Shown piece by piece: positions 27,618 through 37,177 of a stretch of 64,000 bases of DNA; the first letter of the stretch is position 1; each line of letters opens with the position of its first letter. Below the pieces are notes generated by a model. It saw only the letters and a list, made by a program, of their open reading frames with translations, was not told where the DNA came from and made no database searches. The position numbers and the translations under genes are program-made. This stretch comes from Candidatus Levyibacteriota bacterium (lineage in GTDB: Bacteria > Patescibacteriota > Microgenomatia > Levybacterales > GWA1-39-11), in the NCBI GenBank assembly GCA_018062815.1, contig JAGORM010000003.1:5378-69377 (forward strand), read 5' to 3'.

Positions 27618-30032
27618 TTACTGAGCAAGTGCTGTTGCAGGTTTTGAAGGGGAAGGGGTTATGGGGGTATATCTACATGCTCCCTCAGTTCCTCGAATAA
27701 AGTACATCTCAAATCCATAGCACGGTTTTTTTATTACGCTGTCAGGGATAAGTAGGGGGCCTTCAGTTCTTGTTTTAAGAATACTTGTGATAATCCTATT
27801 CCACATGGGAGCGGCACCTGTTATTCCAGATGCCAGTGCCTGGCTCATGGGAGAGTTGTCATTATTTCCTACCCAGGTTGCAACTACCAGATTAGGGGTA
27901 AATCCTACAGTCCAGTTATCCCGTTTATTGTCAGTTGTTCCTGTTTTTACTGATACTCTATGATTCGGAACATTTAAAGGAGAATTACTTCCAAACTCAA
28001 TTGACCTTGCCCTATTATCTGATAAGATATCCGCCACAATAAACGCAACTCCCGAATCTAAAACTTGAGACTCTTTTGGCGTTTTTTTATACAATGAATT
28101 ACCGAAGGAATCAGTAATTGAAAGAATCGGATCTATGTCAACTCGTTTTCCAGAATTTGCTACTGTTCCATAAACACTTGCAAGATTTAGCATTGTAGTT
28201 TCTGCGCCACCTAAAGTAATTGACAGACCGTATTTTTCAGGTTCATTCCACGTCTTTATCCCCATTCGTTTTCCTTGTTCAACAATGTTTTCTACCCCCA
28301 TTTTCTGAGCGACCCGTACAGCAGGAATATTAAGTGAATTTGCAAATGCTAAGCGCAGAGGTACATTCCCTCTATAGCTTCCGTCGTAATTTACGGGAGT
28401 GTAAGCAGGGCCTTGTGCCGGCGTGATGGTCAGAGGAGAATCATCAAGCATGGTTGCCTGGGTATATCCTGAAGAAAGAGCAAGTGAATAAGTAACAATT
28501 TTAATTGTAGATCCTGGCTGACGTAATGAGGTAACAAGATTTACATTTCCATCATGATCCGTATCAAAGTAATCTTTAGAGCCAACCATTGCTATCACAT
28601 CTCCATTTCGAGGATCTGTAACTACTGATGCACCGTTTGAGATGTTTAGTGCTGAGTTTCCATCAACTTCACTTTTTACAATTTCTTGTACTTTATCCTG
28701 TACCCTCATATCAAGACTTGTTTTTACCTGAAGACCGCCTCTTTCTACCTCTGACAAACCATATTTTTGGACTAGTAAATCTTTTATGTACATTACAAAA
28801 TGGGGTGCTTTAATACCTACACGTGAGCCTGCAAAAGTAAGCTCTTTTTTATATGCTGCTTCGGATTGTTTTTTACTGATCGCGCCCATTCTCACCATTG
28901 CTGACAGTACATCTTTTTGTCTTTTCTTCCACAAATTTGGGGTGGTTGAGTATGGTGAATATATGCTGGGAGCGCGCGGAATACCGGCAAGAAAGGAAGA
29001 TTCAGCAAGATCTAACTCCTCAACAGGTTTACCAAAATATATTTCACTTGCAGCCTGAACTCCCCATGCGGTGCCTCCATATGGGACATAATTAAAGTAA
29101 AGGCCAAGTATCTGTTCTTTGCTATAAACTCGTTCAGCCCAAAAAGCCAGAAGAACTTCCTTTACTTTACGTGTGATAGTAGGTTCAGGAGTAAGAAGGG
29201 AAGATTTTATAAGTTGTTGTGTAATCGTTGATCCTCCCTGGAGATCATTGTGCTTTAAATTTGAAACAAGTGCGCGTAGCATGCCTCGAACATCAAAGCC
29301 TGGATGTGTATAAAAATCTCTATCTTCGATTGCAATTGTTGCCTGTTGGAGATGTTTGGGAACTTTACTGAGTGGAACAATTGATCTGTTTTGGTTCGCG
29401 AATATCTCATAGAGTAGTATTCCATTTCTGTCATAAATTTTTGTAGTTTTTGGAATATATGTGGTTGAAATTCCTGAAGGATTTGGAAGGTCTGAGAGAA
29501 AAACTAAAGCGACCAATGGAAGGAAGATAAAAATTGAAGCAAAAGTTACCCCCCAGAAGAATATTTTAACCCTGTACCAAAAAGAAGGACGTCCTCTATG
29601 CGCCTTTTTTAGTTTTTTCTCCTCAGACAAAAGTTTTTCCTCATAGATAAAATCATTAAGGCTTTGTTTTTCAAATTCATAAAGCTTAAGGAATGGGTAG
29701 CTTACCGAGTGAAAAAGTTTTTTTGAATACTTATTAACTCTTTTTGTATAGTACTTAAAGTAGTAATTTTTTCCTCTTTTTGTTTTAAATAGAACCTGCT
29801 TCTTTTTAAGATGATGATTTTTTTTATGTAATATAAAACGAGGAAATCTTGAAGGGTTTTTATATATTTTTTTTGATATCCTAAAACACTTTTTTAAGAT
29901 TTTTCCAAAGTTTGAAAATAGATAAAGAACGCTATCCCCAACTAAAATGAGGAGCCAAATAAGGAGATAAAAAAGATCTACTATAAGTCTCATGGCGCTC
30001 CCAATTATCCGATCCATTCGGATAGAGTACAC
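27618..30032 (-). CDS. second class A penicillin-binding protein with about 180-aa lysine-rich N-terminal extension
   Basis: GT51 'IAIEDRDFYTHPGFDVRGMLRA', 'GGSTITQQLIK'. Transpeptidase 'STIK', 'SLN', 'KTGTT'. N-terminal region has two hydrophobic segments separated by a K/Y-rich stretch. Confidence 0.85.
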   Translation of the reverse strand: MYSIRMDRIIGSAMRLIVDLFYLLIWLLILVGDSVLYLFSNFGKILKKCFRISKKIYKNPSRFPRFILHKKNHHLKKKQVLFKTKRGKNYYFKYYTKRVNKYSKKLFHSVSYPFLKLYEFEKQSLNDFIYEEKLLSEEKKLKKAHRGRPSFWYRVKIFFWGVTFASIFIFLPLVALVFLSDLPNPSGISTTYIPKTTKIYDRNGILLYEIFANQNRSIVPLSKVPKHLQQATIAIEDRDFYTHPGFDVRGMLRALVSNLKHNDLQGGSTITQQLIKSSLLTPEPTITRKVKEVLLAFWAERVYSKEQILGLYFNYVPYGGTAWGVQAASEIYFGKPVEELDLAESSFLAGIPRAPSIYSPYSTTPNLWKKRQKDVLSAMVRMGAISKKQSEAAYKKELTFAGSRVGIKAPHFVMYIKDLLVQKYGLSEVERGGLQVKTSLDMRVQDKVQEIVKSEVDGNSALNISNGASVVTDPRNGDVIAMVGSKDYFDTDHDGNVNLVTSLRQPGSTIKIVTYSLALSSGYTQATMLDDSPLTITPAQGPAYTPVNYDGSYRGNVPLRLAFANSLNIPAVRVAQKMGVENIVEQGKRMGIKTWNEPEKYGLSITLGGAETTMLNLASVYGTVANSGKRVDIDPILSITDSFGNSLYKKTPKESQVLDSGVAFIVADILSDNRARSIEFGSNSPLNVPNHRVSVKTGTTDNKRDNWTVGFTPNLVVATWVGNNDNSPMSQALASGITGAAPMWNRIITSILKTRTEGPLLIPDSVIKKPCYGFEMYFIRGTEGACRYTPITPSPSKPATALAQ

Positions 30033-30222
30033 CTATCGGATAAAACAGGGGAATTTGAATCAGATTATACTGAAGGGATAATATTGACGCAAGTAGTAAA
30101 AAATGTTGAGCCGTAAGTTTAAGAGAGACCATACTAGAGGTTCAGTTATAAAACCTAACAAATAAGGATTAGTTGCAAAGATAGAATCATACATATTACA
30201 ATAAAAATACTTTACACTTATT

Positions 30223-31197
30223 ATGCGTACACTTGTTGTTGGATCATCTGACATAGATATATTTCTTTCTCCGGAGTCAAATAGCTCATACACCCAAACT
30301 GAAAAAGAAGTCTCTTTTAAACTAGGAGATAAAATTCCCATAAATCTTTCAGAGATGAAACTTGGCGGCAACGGTTCTAATGTCTCAATAGCATTGAAAA
30401 AGCTAGGTCTTGATGTATCTTTTTATACTGATATGAGTGAGGATGTGTTAGGACGAGAGATGAAGGAGACGATAGAACGATCGGGAGTAAGTCTTATAGA
30501 AAGTGAAATTAAGCCAAAAAGTTCTTCATTGTCTCTCATTTTTGATTTTGACAAGGATAGAGTTATTTTTTCTCACCATGAGAAGCTCAATCACAATTTT
30601 GATGCAACGAGGGTTAGTGATATTCAATCGCTGTATTTGACATCAATTGGGGAGGATTGGCAGAAAGCATATTTAGATGTTTTATCGTATGTTCAATCTC
30701 ATCCTCTGCTTTTAGCATTTTCTCCCGGTTCACATCAGTTGAAGGAAAATAATGATGTTATTTTTGAAGTCCTGGCTGCATCAAAAATTTTATTTGTTAA
30801 CAAAGAAGAAGGAGAGAGGCTTCTGGCAAAGAAAAAAGAAGTAGCAAATGACATGAGGGAATTATTATTTAAGCTGTCTCAATTTGGCCCAGATATTGTA
30901 TCCGTAACAGACGCTCAAAATGGATCATATAGTTATTCCGAAAATGCATACTACGCAGTTCCCTCATATGATGAGAATTTACATTCTGTTGATAAAACTG
31001 GAGCGGGGGATTCATATGCGTCTGCTTTTTTTGGGGCACTCATTTTAGGGGAAAATATAAAAACTGCCATGATGTGGGGTGCAGTTAACGCGCAGGGTGT
31101 TATGAGTAGAGTTGGTGCTCAGGATGGGCTCTTGACGAAAGACGAAATTGAAAGTATGCTAGTTGCGCGTTCAGATTTTCAGGTAATGCAGATATAA
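30223..31197 (+). CDS. PfkB-family carbohydrate/nucleoside kinase (ribokinase-like)
   Basis: C-terminal 'DKTGAGDSYASAFFGALILGE' (PfkB signature 2), N-terminal 'GGNGSNVSIAL'. Confidence 0.75.
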   Translation: MRTLVVGSSDIDIFLSPESNSSYTQTEKEVSFKLGDKIPINLSEMKLGGNGSNVSIALKKLGLDVSFYTDMSEDVLGREMKETIERSGVSLIESEIKPKSSSLSLIFDFDKDRVIFSHHEKLNHNFDATRVSDIQSLYLTSIGEDWQKAYLDVLSYVQSHPLLLAFSPGSHQLKENNDVIFEVLAASKILFVNKEEGERLLAKKKEVANDMRELLFKLSQFGPDIVSVTDAQNGSYSYSENAYYAVPSYDENLHSVDKTGAGDSYASAFFGALILGENIKTAMMWGAVNAQGVMSRVGAQDGLLTKDEIESMLVARSDFQVMQI

Positions 31198-31202
31198 AAA
31201 TA

Positions 31203-32090
31203 ATGACTAACCAAGATTTAGCCCGCTCTCTTTGGATCCGAACCCGCCAAGAAAAATTTGCTGTAGGCGCTTTCAATATAGATAATCAAGAAACACTTAT
31301 TGCGATTGCTCGCGCGGCAAAAAATAAAAATGCGCCTGTATTAGTTGAGCTTTCGCACGGAGAGGTTGAGGCTATGGGGCTTGCAAATATTCGTAGTCTC
31401 GTAGACAACTATAAAAAGGAATATGGCATAGAAATGTATCTTAACCTAGATCATTCACCTTCAGTTGAAGCAGCAAAAGCAGGAATTGATGCCGGATTTG
31501 AGTTTATTCATATAGATTTGTCTCAAGAAAAAAAAGACGCAACGCTTCCTGAAATTATTGCAGCTACAAAACAAGTAGTTGAATATGCAAAGACTACAGG
31601 AGCGCTAGTTGAAAGTGAACCTCATTATTTTGGAGGAAGCTCTAATGTGCATCATAATGAGATTAATTATGATGAGATAAAGAAAACATTTAGTACCCCA
31701 ACAAGCGCAAAAGAATTTGTAGAGGCCACGGGTATAGATACATTTGCGGTTGCAATTGGGAATCTTCATGGGAAATATCCAGTTCCAAAAGTGCTTGATA
31801 TTGAGTTGTTGAAGCAGATCAGAGCGGTTTTATCCTGCGCAATAAGTCTTCACGGCGGTTCAGGGACCCCCCCTGAATATTTCAAGCAAGCAATTGAGGT
31901 TGGAGTAAGCAAAATAAATATAAACTCGGATATGCGTTACGCTTTTAGAACAGAATTGGAACATCAATTAAAAGATAATCCTGACGAATATGCTGTAGTA
32001 AAGCTAATGAAACCAGTTGAAGATGAGGTGCAGAAAGTAGTAGAAGAAAAAATAGAAGTATTTGGATCAGAAGGGAAAGCGGTATTATGA
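31203..32090 (+). CDS. fba: class II fructose/tagatose-bisphosphate aldolase
   Basis: 'AVGAFNIDNQETLIAIARAA', 'LNLDHSPS', 'HIDLS', 'LHGGSGTP' zinc-aldolase motifs. Confidence 0.85.
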   Translation: MTNQDLARSLWIRTRQEKFAVGAFNIDNQETLIAIARAAKNKNAPVLVELSHGEVEAMGLANIRSLVDNYKKEYGIEMYLNLDHSPSVEAAKAGIDAGFEFIHIDLSQEKKDATLPEIIAATKQVVEYAKTTGALVESEPHYFGGSSNVHHNEINYDEIKKTFSTPTSAKEFVEATGIDTFAVAIGNLHGKYPVPKVLDIELLKQIRAVLSCAISLHGGSGTPPEYFKQAIEVGVSKININSDMRYAFRTELEHQLKDNPDEYAVVKLMKPVEDEVQKVVEEKIEVFGSEGKAVL

Positions 32091-32542
32091 CAAATGTGTA
32101 TTTGGGAACAGACCATGCAGGATTTGCGTATAAGGAGCAACTAAAGCCCATTATTAAAAAACTCGGGTATGAGCCCATAGATTGTGGGGCTTTTTCGTAT
32201 AACAAGGATGATGACTATCCAGATTTTTGTGCGGAAGCGTCTCGCAAAGTGGCCTTAGATGATGGATCTTTTGGTGTTGTTTTTGGAAAATCAGGTGCTG
32301 GAGAGTGCATAGTAGCAAATAAAATTCACGGAATTAGAGCATTCTTGGCGGTAAGTAAGCAAAATGTACAACTAGCGCGGGAACACAATGATGCAAATGT
32401 CATGTCAATCGGATTAGAATTAGTAAATGTAGATGATCTTGAGATGCTTTTGGCAACTTTTCTTAAAACTCCTTTTTCTAAAGAAGAACGACACATAAGA
32501 AGAATAGAAAAAATTAAAAGACTTGAGATTGAGGAAGGATAA
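32087..32542 (+). CDS. rpiB: ribose-5-phosphate isomerase B
   Basis: 'VYLGTDHAGFAYKEQL...CGAFS...GKSGAGECIVANKIHGIRAFL'. ATGA overlap with fba. Confidence 0.9.
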   Translation: MTNVYLGTDHAGFAYKEQLKPIIKKLGYEPIDCGAFSYNKDDDYPDFCAEASRKVALDDGSFGVVFGKSGAGECIVANKIHGIRAFLAVSKQNVQLAREHNDANVMSIGLELVNVDDLEMLLATFLKTPFSKEERHIRRIEKIKRLEIEEG

Positions 32543-32546
32543 ATAA

Positions 32547-33215
32547 ATGGAAGAATTAACTGTTGAAAAATACGTATATGAAGTAGTACCGGGAATTCTT
32601 GAAAAAGAGTGGGGTCCTATAGAGGCAAAATTGGAGATTGCAAAAGGTTTTGCAAAAACCGTTCATATAGATCTAATTGATGGAAAATTTGCAAGCAATA
32701 CTACCTTTATGGATCCTGTTCCATTCGCAAAATATTCAAAAGATCTGATATTGGAAGTTCATATGATGGTGGAAGATCCAAGAAAATATCTTAAATCTTT
32801 TGCAGATGCTGGTTTTAAAAGGTTTTTGGGACACATTGAGAAGATGCCAAATATCACGGATTTTGTTGCTGAGGCGCAGTTATATGGGGAGGTAGGGATT
32901 GCATTGGATGGTCCTACTGATAAGTCCATAATTGATAAGATTCCATTAGATGATTTAGATTGTGTAACTGTTTATACCTGCCAGCAGGTTGGTTTTACCG
33001 GTGCTCAATTTGATGAGAGAAAGCTTGATAAAGTAAGGTTGATTAAGACCCGTTCTGAAATTCCTATAGAAGTAGATGGGGGAATAAAGGATACAACTAT
33101 TTTGTTTGGGAAAAGCGCAGGTTCAGTACGTTTTGTCTCAACTTCATATATTTGGAACGCCCATGATCCAAAAGTAGCCTATGAGAAACTTTTATCCATT
33201 GTGACAGATCATTAA
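32547..33215 (+). CDS. rpe: ribulose-phosphate 3-epimerase
   Basis: 'VHIDLIDGKFASN', 'EVHMMVEDP', 'DGGI' motifs. Confidence 0.85.
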   Translation: MEELTVEKYVYEVVPGILEKEWGPIEAKLEIAKGFAKTVHIDLIDGKFASNTTFMDPVPFAKYSKDLILEVHMMVEDPRKYLKSFADAGFKRFLGHIEKMPNITDFVAEAQLYGEVGIALDGPTDKSIIDKIPLDDLDCVTVYTCQQVGFTGAQFDERKLDKVRLIKTRSEIPIEVDGGIKDTTILFGKSAGSVRFVSTSYIWNAHDPKVAYEKLLSIVTDH

Positions 33216-35521
33216 TGGAAAAATCCGCTAAAGTGAGTTGCTGCGAAATACTGAAGCAATAATGTTATTAGGACTGATACGATTAAAAATCTATTAATGG
33301 GGAAGACGCCTCCTCTTATTATAAACACAATAATCATTTCCCCAATTACTAATAAATTAAAGACGAGTGAATCAGGATAAAAATTATATTGGAGTGCCAG
33401 CATAAAAAGTACAATTAGTATCATAGAAAAGATTCCGGTTATGGCTAAGGTAAATTTGAGTCTTTTACTATTTAATATTTGCTCAGAAGCAGGTCTTGGA
33501 CGTTTTTTTAACAAGTTGCCGCGTTTACTATCAATTGCAAGAGCAAAAGCAGGTAGTCCATCACCAATTAGATTTACCCACAGTATTTGAGTTGGCGTAA
33601 GGGGAAGTGGAAGTGCGAAAACTACAGCAAATAATATGAGTGCAAATTCCGTAAGGTTTGTTGCGAAAAGAAACATAACAACTCGAACAATATTTTCATA
33701 TATTCCGCGTCCTTCTTCAACCGCCTTTATAACTGTATATAAATTGTCATCTGTTATGATCATGTCTGCTTCCTCTTTTGCTACATCAGTTCCTGTTTTT
33801 CCCATTGCAATCCCAATATGTGCTTCAGAAAGTGCTAGTGCATCATTTACTCCATCTCCAGTTACTGCCACAATTAATCCAGCATGTTTATAGAGCCTTA
33901 CCAAGCGAAGTTTATCTGTTGGGATCATGCGCGCAAAGATTTTAACTTGGGGTAGAAGCTTAAGTACTTCCTGGTCTCCCATTTTGTCCAATTCGTCGTG
34001 CGTTACTATTAGTTCTCCTTCCGTAATAAGACCAATCTCCTCAGCAATTGCCTTTGCTGTAACCGGATTGTCTCCCGTTACCATAACGATCTTAATTCCG
34101 GCATCTCTTGCTTCCTTTATTGCCTGTTCTGCCTCTTTTCTGGGAGCATCATAGAGTGCCGTAATTCCAAGTAGAGTAAAGTGCGTGTTCTTGGGTGCCT
34201 TCTCTGCGAAAGCAATTGCACGAAGACCTTCTGTTTCGTATTCTGTCAATATTTCTTTAACATCCGCATGTTCGCCAGTTAATGCAAGAATTGTTTCTGG
34301 TGCTCCTCTTAATAAAATATGCTGTTCGTTATTATTTTCCCAAGTAACTTCAATTGTTTTTGTTTCAGGATTGAAAGGTTTTTCCTCTATGATCTTTCCT
34401 TCCTTTTGAAGATGCTCAATATCTTGGGATTGCTCACTGGCAAACGCAAGAAGCGCGCCATCAGTTCCGTCTCCTGTTATCTCAAAACTATTTCCGTCCT
34501 CTTTTAGTACAAGATTTGCAGTATTTCCCAATACCATGCATCTTAAAAAAAGGTTCTCTTTCTCTTTGTTATGAATATAGAACTTTTTAACTTTCATCTT
34601 ATTTTGAGTGAGAGTACCGGTTTTGTCAGACAAGATGACATTAGTAGTTCCAAGAGTCTCAACAGCAGCCATTTTACGCATAATGGTTTTTCTTTTAACC
34701 ATTCTGTAAGCGCCAAATGCGAGTCCCACCGTAACTATTAACGCGAGCCCTTCAGGTATAAGTGCTACCGCAACGCTTACTGAAATAAGAATTGTTTGGG
34801 TTAGATCCCGTCCTTGAAGAAAACCAATAGGAATCAGCGCAAAAGATAGGATAAGGGCTACTGCTGCAAGCCTTCTACTAAGTGTTGATAAATTTTTTGC
34901 AAGTGGGATTTCAGGTTTTTTAGTTTTTTCAAGTTCAGAAGCTATTTCGCCAAGCTTTGTTTTAAAACCAATTTTTTCCACTAAAAACATTCCGCGACCG
35001 CGCACTACAAATGTCCCTGAAAATAAGAGTGACTCAAAAGATTTTTCTACGGGTATTGATTCTCCCGTAAGAATAGATTCATCTACTTCCATTGATACAT
35101 TTGTGATGAGTTTTCCATCAGCAGGTATCTTGTCTCCTTCACGAATTACTACAATATCTGAGGGAACAATGTATCGCGCATCTATTTCCGTTTCTTGCCC
35201 GTCTCGTATGACGCGCGCAATCGGGGACACTAGTTCTTTTAATTTTCCAATTGTGTCGTGGGCTCTGTATTCTTGGATAAATCCAAAAATTCCATTGAAC
35301 ACAAGAACCATAAAGATAAAAACCATATCTATGGTATCGCCAATAAAGTATGAGAATACTCCAGCAAGAAAGAGTATGAGTGTTGTAATGTCCTTGTACT
35401 GTGAGAGAAGAAGTTTTAGAAAGAAAAATGAGTCATTTGTTTCAACTGAGTTTTCCCCAAATTGTTTTTGAAGAGCTGGGATTTGCGAAGCGGACAATCC
35501 CTGTATATTGTCTGTGGGCAT
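33212..35521 (-). CDS. cation-transporting P-type ATPase (P2-type, Ca2+/Mg2+-like)
   Basis: Phosphorylation motif 'DKTGTLTQNKM', 'TGDN', hinge 'VAVTGDGVNDALALSEAHIGIAMG'. 769 aa, about 10 TM helices. Confidence 0.9.
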   Translation of the reverse strand: MPTDNIQGLSASQIPALQKQFGENSVETNDSFFFLKLLLSQYKDITTLILFLAGVFSYFIGDTIDMVFIFMVLVFNGIFGFIQEYRAHDTIGKLKELVSPIARVIRDGQETEIDARYIVPSDIVVIREGDKIPADGKLITNVSMEVDESILTGESIPVEKSFESLLFSGTFVVRGRGMFLVEKIGFKTKLGEIASELEKTKKPEIPLAKNLSTLSRRLAAVALILSFALIPIGFLQGRDLTQTILISVSVAVALIPEGLALIVTVGLAFGAYRMVKRKTIMRKMAAVETLGTTNVILSDKTGTLTQNKMKVKKFYIHNKEKENLFLRCMVLGNTANLVLKEDGNSFEITGDGTDGALLAFASEQSQDIEHLQKEGKIIEEKPFNPETKTIEVTWENNNEQHILLRGAPETILALTGEHADVKEILTEYETEGLRAIAFAEKAPKNTHFTLLGITALYDAPRKEAEQAIKEARDAGIKIVMVTGDNPVTAKAIAEEIGLITEGELIVTHDELDKMGDQEVLKLLPQVKIFARMIPTDKLRLVRLYKHAGLIVAVTGDGVNDALALSEAHIGIAMGKTGTDVAKEEADMIITDDNLYTVIKAVEEGRGIYENIVRVVMFLFATNLTEFALILFAVVFALPLPLTPTQILWVNLIGDGLPAFALAIDSKRGNLLKKRPRPASEQILNSKRLKFTLAITGIFSMILIVLFMLALQYNFYPDSLVFNLLVIGEMIIVFIIRGGVFPINRFLIVSVLITLLLQYFAATHFSGFFH

Positions 35522-35553
35522 AGTTACTAGTATACCAAATTGTATTTGGCTTA

Positions 35554-37080
35554 TTAGTCATTTGTGGTTTTTGGTCTATATTGAAGTGCTTCTAGAACGT
35601 GTTCTTTTTTTATGTTTTCTGATTGGGAAAGGTCGGCAATTGTTTGTGCAACTTTTATTACCCTGTGATAGGATCTTGCAGAAAGTGAAAATTTTGAAAC
35701 AGCGTTTCGTAAAATATCTTTTACTTCTGAATTAATTTGCACAAACATTTTTATATCTTTGGCAGACATATCAGAGTTTGTAATAATTTTTTTCTCTTGA
35801 AACCTTTTTAATTGCCGTTTTCTTGCCTTCTCAACGCGATTTCTGACGACTTTTGATGATTCTGCGGATAAGTTATCATCTTCTGTAATTTTAGAAATAT
35901 TTACGGCTGGTACATCTATATGAATATCTATACGGTCAAGTAGTGGGCCCGAGACGCGTTTTTGGTATTTTAATATTTGCAGTGATGTGCAGTTGCATTC
36001 ACGAGTAGTGTCGCCATGATAACCACAAGGACATGGGTTTGCTGCCGCGACAAGCATAAAACGACTTGGAAACTTAACTCTTTCACGAGCGCGGGAGATA
36101 ATAACATGTCCATCTTCCATGGGTTGGCGCATAGCTTCCAAAACATGCCTGGGATATTCCGGGAATTCATCTAAAAATAAAACGCCACGGTGTGCAAGGG
36201 AAACTTCTCCGGGTTTTGGATTTGCGCTTCCTCCAATTAGGCCCACGTGTGATGTTGTGTGATGGGGGGATCTGAACGGGCGTTGTTTTATGATAGTGTT
36301 TTCACTGAGTAATCCTGAGATGCTGTAAATTTTGGTAACTTCTATTGCCTCGTCAAAAGTGAGATTTGGAAGAATTGATGGGATAGTTCTTGCAAGAAGT
36401 GTTTTTCCAGCCCCTGGTGGGCCTTTTAGAAGAATGTTGTGTCCTCCGGCAACCGCCACTTCAACTGCGCGTTTTACAAATTCCTGCCCTTTAATATCTT
36501 TTAAATCAAAATCATAGAGCTCATCACTTTCAATTTCTTCAAAGGGAGTGTGTTGTAGAGGTTCTATAAGCGTGGCACCAGTTAAGTGCATAAAAACCTC
36601 TTTTAAGCTTTTTGCAGGATAAATATTGACTCCTTTAACTATTGCGGCTTCTTTGGCATTTTCGGATGGAATAAAAATGTTTTCTATCTTCTTATCCAAG
36701 GCGAGTAATACCATCGGTAGAATGCCTTTTGTGTGTCGTAACGAGCCATTCAAAGATAACTCACCCAGAAAAATAGATTTGGAAAGGTCAGTTTTTAGTT
36801 GTTCAGAGGCGGCTAAAATAGAAATAGCGATTGGAAGGTCAAAAGATGGACCTTCTTTGGGAAGATCACCGGGGGCAAGGTTTACGGTGATTCTTTTTGG
36901 AGGAATATCTGCCCCTGTGTTTTTGAGGGCAGACCTGACACGCTCTTTGGATTCCTCAACCGCTTTATCCGGGAGACCCACGACCGTAAATGTTGGTAGA
37001 CCATTTAGAATGTCTGTTTCAACCTCAACTAAAACTCCGTCAAGACCTACTACCGCGCTTGATAAAACCTTAGCAAACAT
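35554..37080 (-). CDS. comM: YifB/ComM-family Mg-chelatase-like AAA+ ATPase
   Basis: 'MFAKVLSSAVVGLDGVLVEVE', Walker A 'GPPGAGKT', C-terminal ChlI-like region. Confidence 0.85.
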   Translation of the reverse strand: MFAKVLSSAVVGLDGVLVEVETDILNGLPTFTVVGLPDKAVEESKERVRSALKNTGADIPPKRITVNLAPGDLPKEGPSFDLPIAISILAASEQLKTDLSKSIFLGELSLNGSLRHTKGILPMVLLALDKKIENIFIPSENAKEAAIVKGVNIYPAKSLKEVFMHLTGATLIEPLQHTPFEEIESDELYDFDLKDIKGQEFVKRAVEVAVAGGHNILLKGPPGAGKTLLARTIPSILPNLTFDEAIEVTKIYSISGLLSENTIIKQRPFRSPHHTTSHVGLIGGSANPKPGEVSLAHRGVLFLDEFPEYPRHVLEAMRQPMEDGHVIISRARERVKFPSRFMLVAAANPCPCGYHGDTTRECNCTSLQILKYQKRVSGPLLDRIDIHIDVPAVNISKITEDDNLSAESSKVVRNRVEKARKRQLKRFQEKKIITNSDMSAKDIKMFVQINSEVKDILRNAVSKFSLSARSYHRVIKVAQTIADLSQSENIKKEHVLEALQYRPKTTND

Positions 37081-37177
37081 AAATTTAGTATTAAATATTA
37101 CTTTAAAACTATCAAGTATGAGTTTAAAAACGCAAACACGGATAGGGCGATCTGTATTTGGGTTTAAGTTTTGATGC

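Noticed and set aside
33636-34507. Several 60-85 aa plus-strand ORFs
   Set aside because: All lie antisense inside the P-type ATPase gene. They have Ser/Ala-rich shadow-frame composition and no motifs.
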